From assembly GCF_004010195.1 (NCBI RefSeq), contig NC_057719.1, positions 28,819,309 through 28,859,948 on the forward strand: DNA of 40,640 nucleotides. The letters run 5' to 3'. This document shows positions 23,594 to 34,486 of the stretch, in pieces. Each line of letters opens with the position of its first letter. Positions within the stretch are counted from its first letter, which is position 1. A program made the translations under genes and the position numbers. Origin of the DNA: Chiloscyllium plagiosum. Taxonomy: Eukaryota. The notes under the pieces are model-generated. The model saw nothing but the letters and a program-made list of their open reading frames with translations. It had not been told where the DNA came from and did no database searches.

Positions 23594-23699
23594 GTGAGTC
23601 ATTAGTTAATTCTGCTGCATCAAATAAGTATTTTAAAAATGTGACTGTCCTGTTCAACTGTGTATCTTTTCAATTCTAATTCATACTTTCCCTTCCCAG

Positions 23700-23921
23700 G
23701 GTCTACTGGTGGCACTGAACTTAAAACTGAAAGTGTACACATGCTTACTTCTGAAGAAGCAGTGTCCTCCGGATCTGCTGAAATTAGTAGAGGCCCAGCC
23801 CAAATAAACCAGTATAGCCTTGTGCAGCTGCAAAATACAGAAAATAACATTCATTTGGTAAATGGAAATATTGGGTTACCTCCACTTCAGCTGCCTTCTG
23901 GTTCTGCTGCATCATCACAGG
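23700..23921 (+). CDS. SIX4: SIX4 coding exon 3 (3' part of the human exon 2 equivalent)
   Basis: TELKTES...PAQINQYSLVQ...NGNIGLPPLQLPSGSAASSQG matches SIX4 but lies in a different frame from the preceding segment. Acceptor TACTTTCCCTTCCCAG ends at 23699; donor CAGG|GTAAGT at 23922 (phase 1). Confidence 0.85.
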
Positions 23922-26499
23922 GTAAGTTGCTTTCTGATTTATTTTTGAGAGATTAGCCCACATATCGGGTAAATTCATTACTTAGTTGATTCATTTATTA
24001 ATGTTGGATACTCATTCCAAATTAAAAACGTTCAAACATACTGACAGGGTTAAGTTTATTTGTGTTACACCAAAGAAAACGTATAAAAAGAATATATTGG
24101 TGTTGCATTTTAGTTTTCATCATAGGTGGAATTGAAGAGTTGACTGTTTAAGACTATACTCATGTTAGGAAGAACTATGCCTGACAAATGTATGCCTGTT
24201 CAGTCCACAATGGCACACCAGCTGCACACAGACATCATGAGCTTACTTAACTGGATTGGTATTTAGCCTGGCAGAGTTGTACATATTGTGAAAATCCCCA
24301 TTGAATCTTAGAGTAGTTTAGGACCTGTTTTGCAACTTTCTCTCTGACTCTCATTCCCTACAAAAGAGAAATGCATTTCAAAATTAACCCTTGCAGTGTG
24401 AATTCAGCTGCAATAAGAGCAAATGTCTAACATATGCTAAAGATGTGACAATTGCAATATTTGCTGAGTGACTATCAATTACCATATAAAATCCTCTGCA
24501 GAACTAAACCGCCCTGTATGATTTAGCAAGGTGACTGGGTGAAAGTTACAGGTAATTTGCAAGACAACATACCCTTTGAAAATTGGCTTCATAGATCTTT
24601 TCAATTTCAGTTGTGAGCTTTAACACCATTTCTTCATCTCTCTTTATTAAAGAGTTTTTAATAGTAGGAGATTGCTTATTTGAAAATTGGAATTGCTTTC
24701 CCTTGGCAAAACCTTTGAGTAACCTTTCCATGACTATCTTAAGTCCGTTGTATTCTGCCTTCTGGTAATGTGGAGATAGTAAATAATCAGTAGCTTTTTA
24801 CAATATAGCACTGCTGCTGATGTCAGCCTTGACTTTAGTATATACTCAGTGATCCACTCAGTGGTGGCAGTTTTGCATAACTTCCTGAGAAGCAGCCATG
24901 CTCCCATTTAGCAAATGCAAAAGCAGTGGCTGAATGTAGCCCGTCAGTACAAGCCAACAATGGTGTTTTCATTCAACAGGTTTGGATTCCCCTTTCTCAG
25001 TCGACAAAGAAGTACTATTGACAGAAAATAAATGCAGTAATTTTTAATAAGAGAACACACATGCTTGTAATGTACATTTACCACACTTTAGTAGCTGCCA
25101 AAACTGAAAATAATTCTGCAGCATTAAGTGTGTCACTTTATGGACGAACTTCTCTGAGAGGAATCTCCCTAATAAGAGAAGTGTAAACATTTTATTTCCT
25201 AGACTATTTATATCACCTAGCCTACTGCTAGGTTAATGCAATCTTAAAGCATAGAATTAATAATAAATTTTTAAAAAATACTATTACTGTCCTTGGCAGA
25301 CTGTCAGTGGTCAACATTAATCAATTTAAATATTTCCCTGCATGTACAATTCACAACCAGATTCAACATAAAGCATGGTTAATTTATTCCTAAGTTATTT
25401 TAAGATCAGGTCTGTTTCCTGGACTGTACATAAATAATGCATGGGAAACATGAATAAGTTGGTTTACAGGAGCCACTGTAATCAATAAGATTAAGTTAAA
25501 GTTCCAGCATCTTTCAACATATATCCACCTTGGATATCCTTAAAATAAGCTGCAAGATCAGTTTTGTCAGAGTTAAATTTTATTTAGCTCTACCTTTATT
25601 TCTGTCAGAGACAGAGTACTAATTTGGAATAGTACAGCCAGTTCTACAGACCAGTATGTCAAAAGACATTCTAACTCCTGAGGCACGAGGCAAGGTATCA
25701 TCCCTGTTTGGAGTTCATGTTTAGTTCAGTTTTCTATTCCTCCCTTTCTTGTATGTTCTCTTTATTTTATCTTTTCCTCTCCAAGAAAATTTGAGCCTTT
25801 GGAAAAAGTGTCAAGGATATTCAAGACCCCATTCCTCTGTGTCCCTGTTGCTGATATCTCTCCTTTCATTCAATCTTGTTTTCTTATTTCCTTTCTTGCC
25901 TATCCATGCTCCATTTCATTGTTTTCTGCTCTGTCGTTCAGTCCTTTGTCTTTGCTGTCTTCCTTATTTCCTTCCTTCTGTCCTTCCTTCTGATACAAGA
26001 TATTAGGGAAAGGCATTCATTCAATGACCTCTGAACAAAAATCACATTGGAGTTGAGCCATTAACTTTGTTTCTCCTTACATAGTTGCTGTCAGATCTGC
26101 TGAGCTTTTCAAGCATTATTGTTTTGATTAGAGATTGGCGTTCTTTCTGTTTAAAATGTTGCATATTTCAATATACATCCTCAGAGAGGACAGCTAAGTG
26201 TAAGGTACTCATTGGGTAAAGTTATCAAAAGATGGATTGTCGTTGGCTTTTTTCTCTTTTCATCCAGTTTTCATTTTGTTTGCAATCGCAGTATTCAATT
26301 TGATATTGTGTTGAACTTTGAACCTAATATTCTGTCTACCCTAAAAAGTGTTTTCTTTCATCTCTCGCATCTGTTGCTTCACCTCTAGTTCATCCCATCT
26401 GCTCTCAGATCCTCATCTGGGCATTAATACTTAAGCAGAAAGTGGAGGTACCTCCCATTCTCACTTTACTGTACAATTTAGTTCATCCAAAAGAATCTG

Positions 26500-27520
26500 C
26501 CTTTATCTGTTCCTGTTAAGACCTATTTCTGTACATGCCTGTCCTTACAGACCTACACGGATATCATTCCCAACACTTTCTTTCTCTTAGACTTTTCAGT
26601 ACCCTTCTTTTTTCAGCTGAGGCTGGGCCATTACCAAGCATTATCCAGTCTTGTTCTCCTCTACCAAAATTGTTCACTACTCCGGGATCATCTTGGCATT
26701 GAAGAGATTTCTCTGATTCCATCTCCTTTACCATCTGAGCACTGAAAATCCTCTTGCATGTCTCCAGTAAATGTTATATAAATTTTATGAAAAGTTTTGA
26801 GTTTCTTTGGCACCAATCATTTCAGCTGGCTCTGCCACATTCCTCCACTCTATTCCCACTGCCATCCACATCAAGATCTGTTCTCCTCCACCAGGCTCCA
26901 CACAAGCCCTGAACCACATCCTTCCCTACTTTCTCTTCGGTCTACTGGTTTAGTCCATTAGCTCATCTTGTTCATGACACCTGCTTCTATGTTAATCTTG
27001 ATCCTACTAAGCAGCTGACATGACCACCATGCTAGTTGACAGGTTAGTTAGTTTTGTTATTCAGAGCAGATCAATTCCTTATCTGACATCATCTTACCTC
27101 CATTACTGGCCCTTTCCTAGTGTAATAACGTCGTTGTCTTCGAAAGCAAAGACTCCTTTCCTTGCAAACAAGTGTCTCACTGCCAACCTCAGTTGCCTCA
27201 TCAAATTGCAATCTTTCAAATCTGTGTCTCTTAGTCATGCAACTCTGTATGTTCGAGCCTTGACAATTGGGTTTTCACCCTTACCATGGCATTTGAACAT
27301 TAAAGTTAAATGCCATTCATCACCATTCTGAAACCTCTGACACATTCTTTACATCACTTCCATCATCCAGTTGTATGGGACAGCCATTCCCGGATTCTAT
27401 TGTCTTTCCAGTTATATCCAGAGAATCTCCTCCAGTGGTTTGTCCCCGCTTTCTGCTTCTACATCATTAGTTTCAGAGTGCCTCAAGGATTTATCATTTG
27501 CTGTCTGTTATGCTGTCTTT
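26500..27520 (+). mobile_element. Highly decayed L2-like LINE fragment
   Basis: CT-rich; VPQGFIICCLL resembles VPQGSILGPLL; FLANKCLTANL resembles LANYRPISNL. Confidence 0.45.
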
Positions 27521-27524
27521 TGTT

Positions 27525-30500
27525 GACTTCAACCAAAAGCAATGTGGTTGACTCTTAACCGCCCCTGAAATGGCCTAGCAAGTCAGTCAGTTGTATCAAT
27601 CCCTGCGAAGTCTCAACAAAGAAAAGAAACTGGACGGACCACCTGGCATCAACATAGGCACCGGAAATATCAATGACAAAGACATGCTGACTTTGCAGAG
27701 TCCGCCTTATGAATATCTTGGGGGGGGGGGGGGGGGACTGTCTTACTGACTAGTCAAGCAACAATCTGACGTAGTCATACTCTCAAAATCATACCCGACA
27801 GATGATGTCACACACACTATAATCACCATTATCCAGTTCACCTGCAGAGGTGGCTACACAGTGGTATACAGTCGGAAGGAATAGCCCTGGGAGTCCACAA
27901 CATTGACGCTGGATCTCATGGCTTCAGGTTAAACACGGGCTAAGAAACCTCCTGCTGATTACTATGTACTGTCCTCCTTGGTTGATGAATAAGTATTACT
28001 TCATGTTGAAAAACACTTGGAGGAAGCACCAAAGTGGCAAAGGTGCAAAATGTACTTTGAGGTGAGATTTCAATGTCTACCATCCAGAGTGGCTCAGCAA
28101 CAGCACTACCAACCAAGCTGGTCGGGTCCTAAAGAACATAGCTGCTAGACGAGTCTGCACAGGTGGTGAGCGACCAATGAGGGAAAACCGTACTTGACCT
28201 CATCCTTACAAATCTGCCAGGTGCAGGTGCATCTACCCATCACAGTATCGGTAAGAGCAACCACCGCGCTGTCCTTGTGGAGACAATGTCCTACCTTCAC
28301 ATTGAGAATGCCCTCTGTCATGTATTGTGGCACTATCGTTGTGCTAAATGGCATAGACTTTGAAAATATCTAGCAACTCAAGACTGTTAATAGCAGCAGA
28401 ATGGTGCTCTCTGCAACCTCATGGTCCAGCATATCTCCCACTCAACCACTGCCATCAAGCTAGAAGATCACCTCTGATTCAGTGCAGTAGGGTATAATAG
28501 GAAGCATACCTGAAAATGAGGTGTCAAACTGGTGAAGCTACCAAGCAGGACTACTTGTGTGCCAAGCAACAAGTGGTAAACACAAGTGAACAATCCCACA
28601 TGAACAGATCACATCTAAGCTTTGCAGTCCTGCCATACCCAGTCATGAATGGCAGTGGACAATTAAATAATTCACTGGAGGAGGAGGATGCTCCACAAAT
28701 GATGGAAGAGCTCAACACACCAGTACAAAACAAAACAAAAACAGAAATTGCTGGAGGAACTCAGCAGTTCTGGCAATCACTGGACCCGAAACATTAACTG
28801 TACTTTCTGTCCACAGATGCTGAGCTTTTCCAGGAATTTCTGTTTTTGTTATTGTTTCTGATTTCCAGCATCTGTAGTTCTTTGTTTTTTTTTAATCAGT
28901 GTTAAAGATAAGGCTGTAGCATTTGCAGCCATCTTCATTCAGAAGTGCTAAGTGGATGATTCATCTTGGCCTCTTTCAGTGGTCCCCAGCATCACAGATC
29001 CCAGTCTTCAGCCACTCAATTCACTCCACATGATATCAAGAAATGGTTAGAGGCACTCATTGCAGGGATGGCTATGGGGCCTGACAACATTCTATCAATA
29101 GTACTGAAAATTGGTACTCTAGAATTTGAAGCTTCCATAGCCAAGCTCTTCCAGTGTAGTTGCAACATTGGCATCTACCCAACAAAGTGGAAAATTGTCC
29201 AGGTACATCCTGTGCACAAAAAAGCAGGACAAATCCAACCCTGACAATTACTGTCCCATCAGTCTACTCTCGATCATCAGTAAAGTGATGGAAGGTGTCA
29301 TCAACAGTGCTATCAAGCAGTACCTGCTCAGCAATAACCTGCTCAGTGATACTCTGGGTTCCACCAGGGCCATTCTGCTCCTGACCTCATTACAGTCTTG
29401 GTTCAGCATGGACAAAAGAGCTGAATTCCAGAGGTGAGGTGAGAGTAACAGCCCTTGATATCAAGGCTGCGCTCAAGTGAGTGTGGTATCAAGAAGCCCT
29501 GGCAAAATTAGAGTCAATGTATACTGGGGACGAACTCTCTGCTGGTTAGTGACTTTTCTGGCACATAGAAAAATGGTTGTTAGAGATCAGTCATCTCTGC
29601 AGGAGTTCCTCAAGGTAGTTTCCTAGCCCAAACCACCTTCATCTGCTTCCTTAATGATTTTCCCTCTGTCATAAGGTTGGCAGTAGGGAAGTCTGCAGAT
29701 CTTTGCACAATGCTCAGCACCATTCACTACACCATCCACAACAACTGCAACTGGCACTCCAGCTACAAATCTTTACACAAACCTTGACTGTTCACTACTC
29801 CTCAGGTACTGAAGCAGCACATATTCAAATGCAACAAATCCTAGAAAATACCCAGGCTTGGACTGATGAGTGGCAAATAACATTTGCACTGCTCAAATGC
29901 AAGACAATAACCAACTCCAGTAAGAGACAATCTAACCACCACCCCATGACATTCAAAGATGTTGTCATCACTGAATCCTCCACTATCAACATCCTGGGGG
30001 TTGACCTGAAACTCAACTGGACTCTCCACGTAATCACTGCCTACAAGAGCAAGTCAGGAGCAAGGAAAACTGCAATGAGTAACTCACTCCCTGACTCCTC
30101 TATCCACCAACTACAAGGCACCAGTCAGGAGTGTGATGGAATACTCCCCACTTGCCTGGTTGAATGCATCTCCAACAACATTCAAGAAGCTTGACACCAC
30201 CCAGGTCAAAGCTGCCCGCTTGATTGGAACCATAACCACAAGCATCCACTCCTTCCACTACCAAGGCATAGTAACAACAGTGTGTACTATCTACAAGGTG
30301 CACTGCAGAAATTCAACAAGATCCTTAGATAGCACCTTCCAAACCCATGGTGACTACCTTCTAGAAGGACAAGGGCAACAGATACATGGGAACACCTCAA
30401 CCTATAAGTTCCTCTCCAAGATACTCATCATCTTGACTTGGAAATGTATGTTTCTTCATTGTTACTGGGTAAAAGAATTCCTTCTCTGAGGATATTATAG

Positions 30501-30632
30501 TCCATGTTCTGTGGGATGATCCACAGTGGTCCAAAAGGCAGCTTGCCACCACTTTCTCAAGATCAACTACAGACTGACAATAAATGCTCACCAGCCAGTG
30601 ATGCCCACATCCCACGAGTGAGTTTTAAAAAA
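27525..30632 (+). mobile_element. Near full-length decayed ORF2 of a CR1-group LINE (APE endonuclease + RT), a different family from the other CR1 copies
   Basis: DFNVYHPEWL and LDLILTNLP (APE); AMGPDNILSIVLK, KQDKSNPDNYCPISLLSIISKVMEGVIN, WTDEWQITF and MEYSPLAW (RT and downstream). Many frameshifts; A-rich end. Confidence 0.85.
28725..28895. mobile_element. Short inverted Penelope-like terminal repeat remnant inserted in the LINE
   Basis: AACAAAAACAGAAATTGCTGGA...TCCAGGAATTTCTGTTTTTGTT inverted pair; related to 18695-18822. Confidence 0.6.
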
Positions 30633-30778
30633 AAGACACTTGTGTTCACAACATCAGCTCTGTCATCGCCATGGTTGTGTAGCACAACGGTTAGCACTTC
30701 TGCCTCACAGTGCCAGGGATAGATTGGCAGGGGAGATTAGACAACCTTGATAATGCTGTTTAAGTTACTATATTTTTG

Positions 30779-31097
30779 TGGCGGCATGGTGGCTCAGTGG
30801 TTAGCACTGCTGCCTCCCAGCACCAGGGTCCAAGGTTCAATTCCAGTCTTGGGCAACTGTCTGTGTGGAGTTTGCACATTCTCCCCATGTCTGCGTGGGT
30901 TTCCTCCGGGTGGTCTGGTTTCCTCCCACAGTCCAAAGATGTACAGGTCAGGTGAATTGGCCATGGTAAATTGCCCATAGTGTTAGGTGCATTAGTCAGA
31001 GGGAAATGGGTCTGGGAGGGTTACTCTTCGGAGGGTCGGTGTGGACTGGTTGGGGCAAAGGGCCTGTTTCCACACTGTAGGGAATCTAATCTAATCA
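30779..31097 (+). mobile_element. tRNA-derived SINE with CR1-like tail (HE1-like)
   Basis: Colinear with 1973-2280; boxes A and B; ends in AATCTAATCTAATC. Confidence 0.9.
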
Positions 31098-31994
31098 ATT
31101 ACTTCCCCTGACTGCTCCAGCGCTTTTGAGTTGTTGGAGAATATGTTAACAATTGAGGCTGGATTTAGATGTGCCATACGCACAAGTTTGAGATATCAGC
31201 AGGGCATGGCGAACAGTTTGCAGTAAGTGGTGTGGGATAGCTGGGTATCAGAGACCAGTATGGGTAGTGTTGGAGGACTGGCCGAGGGAGTCATATTGGG
31301 TTGGTGCCTCTGATGGTAAGCATATGCTCCCCACCCACCCACCCACTAAATAATAGTTCCCAGGCTATCTGCTAGGTGTGGGCCATTCCTGCCACAGGCG
31401 AAGTCACAGTGGAAGGCCATTCAGGCACCATTTGGCTGTTTATTAGCCAATAGGTGGATAGGCAGCTAGCTGTCCAACACCATCACCACCACCTTACATG
31501 AAATGGGAATGAGGTTGGGGTGACAAGTAGGTAGTGGCCAGGCCACGCTCTGCATTTTATGAGACCCCCTGCCTTCCAACGTATCAACATGAGGCTGGAA
31601 GTCTAGCTCCTAGTTATGTATAAGTGCAATTTTATTTATTAATCATTGCATAGATCAATGTTCAGTGTTTTCAGGCCTAAATATGAGCTCCATTCTCCTC
31701 ATTGATTCTTTCTTATTCCTTGGCCAGGGCTTCAGGCTGAACTGCACCATTCATAACTACATGACCGTGAACTGAGTTTCATACCCTAAATTGCCTCGTT
31801 CAACATGACCATCACCTCCATAATCTCACCTTTTTTTAAATTTTGCTGCTCCCCAAACATTCATCCTTGCTTTTACTTAACCTTTGCCTTGATATTTCAA
31901 GATTCCTGAAGCCAGTTTCTCGTCAAATGCTGCCCCCCATCTTAATTCTCATTAAGTCCTGCTCATCCTTCCTTCATTACCATTGATCTATCAA

Positions 31995-33010
31995 CTACAA
32001 ACAACATGTATTTAACAACAAGTTTCTTTTAAGTCATAGGTTGATGGTTATAAGCCATTCCAATGCACTTTACAGATGCATTATTTTTTTTAAAATGACT
32101 GAGACACACAGAAATATTAAGAAGATGGTAAGTCTTAAAAAGAGTAAAAGAGTTAGGTTTTAAGGAGAGTCTTGATGGAGAGAAATGAGTTGGAGAGGGG
32201 CTCTCAGAGTTTATGGCCTATGAAGCTGAATGTATAGCCACCAATTATAGAGAATTAAGGCCAGCCATGCTCAAGAGACCAAAGTTAGTCTGGCTTGTAG
32301 GGCTGGAGAACATCACAAAAATGGGAACAGGCAAAATCATGGCGAAATTTGAAAATTATGAAGAGATTTTTAACATTGAGATGTTTTTAATTGGGAATGA
32401 AAGGAGCTCAATGAACAGAAGGATGATATGTGAAAAAATAATGGTGAAAGTTAGAACACATTAGAGTTTTTGGATGACCTCAATTTTACTTTGGGTAGGA
32501 TGTGGGAAGTCAACCATGAATACGTTGGAATAGTCAAGTCGAAAACTAACACAGGCATTGATGAGGCCTTCAGCAACAGAAGAGCTGAGACTGGAGCTAA
32601 GTAGAACATTGTTATGGCAAGTGAAGTAGGCAGTCTTGATGACAACACAAAGTGTGGTTGAATGTCGTCTTGAAGTGAAGGTGTTCAGAAACTTGGTGTC
32701 AAATTAGGAAATAGAATAATGTCCATGGCAAAGTTTGCAGCTGAAGACCGGGGTTTTAGTGTTCCAATATACAGTTAGAGGGAATTTCTGATGACCTAAC
32801 ACAATGTCAGATAAATAATCTGACAGTTTAAAGACAGTGGAGATGCCATGAGTGGTGGTAGTGATGTAAAGCTTCGTAAAATTAGGCTTCATGTGGAAAC
32901 CAGTGTGTTTTCAGATGATGTGGCTGAGGGGCAGTGTGCAGATTTGATAAAGCATAGGCCAAGGATAGATTCTTGAAGGTACATCTGAGTTAACTGAGGA
33001 ACTGGAGGTG
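31995..33010 (-). mobile_element. Decayed L2 LINE 3' portion
   Basis: Purine-rich plus strand with TAGGTTTTAAGGAGAGTCTT and GTTGGAATAGTCAAGTC (antisense of RLDYSN-like); minus-strand KLSDYLSDI segment. Confidence 0.65.
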
Positions 33011-33665
33011 CGAATGTAAGATGCTGCAGGACCAACATGCATGAGAATTTAATTGTGTATAAGTTTGTATTGTTACTTTGGGCATATTAAATTTTTCATG
33101 ATGATTCCTAATGGAAAATAAGATTTTTTTGGACAGTAAGTGGACACTGAATTAAGATTTTATACATACAGATTTCACTTCTATCATTCTGCTATTACCA
33201 ATGTCTGCATGAATTTATTTTGTTTTCCTCCCTTGCTTCGCTACTATATGAGCTGTACAACTGAACATATGTGCAACAGCAATGTGGGATGAAAGTGGAT
33301 TTTTTCTATTTTTCTATTGGCATCAACTTTGTTTCTGCTAACATACCAATTTAACAGCAATTTAATCCTCAAATTAGAAAAACAGCATTGACAAACAATG
33401 AGAACAAGTAATGTCGCTACTAAGTTATAGTGGTTCACACAAACAGTATCTCTAGAACAATTGATTAAACATACAAATTAAGTGATCTTCTCATTGGCAT
33501 AATTTCTACAGATTTATAGATAGTTTTCAGCTTGTTATTTTGTGTGCTAATTTATGAAGATATATTATTGATATTTGCTGACTAAATTTTGTTGGCCGAT
33601 TGTAGAATGATATGTACAATTAAATTTGCACTTCAGTAAAAGTCGTACTATTTTCTGACTAATAG

Positions 33666-34486
33666 GAAACATTTTGATAACAAACACATCAGATGGAGGA
33701 ACATTCCTAAGTGGTACAGCAGCCAGTCTTCAGCAAGGTAAGGTCTTCTTGGCTGCCACACTCCCACCAAATGCAGTAATGTGCACATTACCTAATTCAG
33801 GGCAGGCTGTTGCCCCAGTAAAACAGGATGCGTTGGAAGGAGGTCTTGTTTTTTCTCAATTAATGTCAGTGAGTGGAAACAATCATATGAATATTAACAC
33901 ATCTCCTGGGAGCCAACCTGGAAATACCCTACAAACTCAAAGCTCAACGCTGGTGAACACAGGGCTGCCTCAAAACCTGCCTTTAACTTCATCAAATTTG
34001 CTGAACACATCAAGTACTTTGAGCTTCAGCCTCACAGTGAGTTTGCCACTGTCAACTACTGCATCTCTGAATTGTGATCAACAGTTGTCTACTGCTGTCA
34101 CGAATGCAGTACCTGTAGTGTCAATGGCCAACAGTCAGTATGCTACACTCCAGAACTGTAATCTGCTTACAAGCTCTGGCCAAGAGACTATAACTGAAAC
34201 TGGTCTTGATTCTTCTGACACTGAGGATAAGCCTAGAAATCCTATTACAGAAGAAACGCATGAATACAGTAGTGGACATGTGTCTGTACTTCATCCCCCA
34301 GTAAAGGAAAACTACTTGGTAGTTCTAGAAAACAAATCTAGCAACCACCTAACAATGATGGACTCTAAATCCAAATATGTGATAAATGATGTGGTTAACA
34401 ATGTCTGCAAGGAATTAGAAACTGAGGAAAAGGAACTAGCAAAACTTCAAAATGTTCCTATGGATGAAGATCTCAGTGATATATAA
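33666..34486 (+). CDS. SIX4: SIX4 terminal coding exon (C-terminal activation region)
   Basis: Acceptor TAG ends at 33665. G+GA completes Gly, then NILITNTSDGGTF...QQGKVFL...YATLQNC...MMDSKSKYV...LETEEKELAKLQNVPMDEDLSDI*, the SIX4-type C-terminus. TAA at 34484-34486. Confidence 0.96.

Noticed and set aside
16248..34486. SIX5, or a SIX4 pseudogene
   Set aside because: N- and C-terminal motifs match SIX4. Splice sites and exons are intact, and the single frame break is explained by a canonical intron or a 1-bp error.
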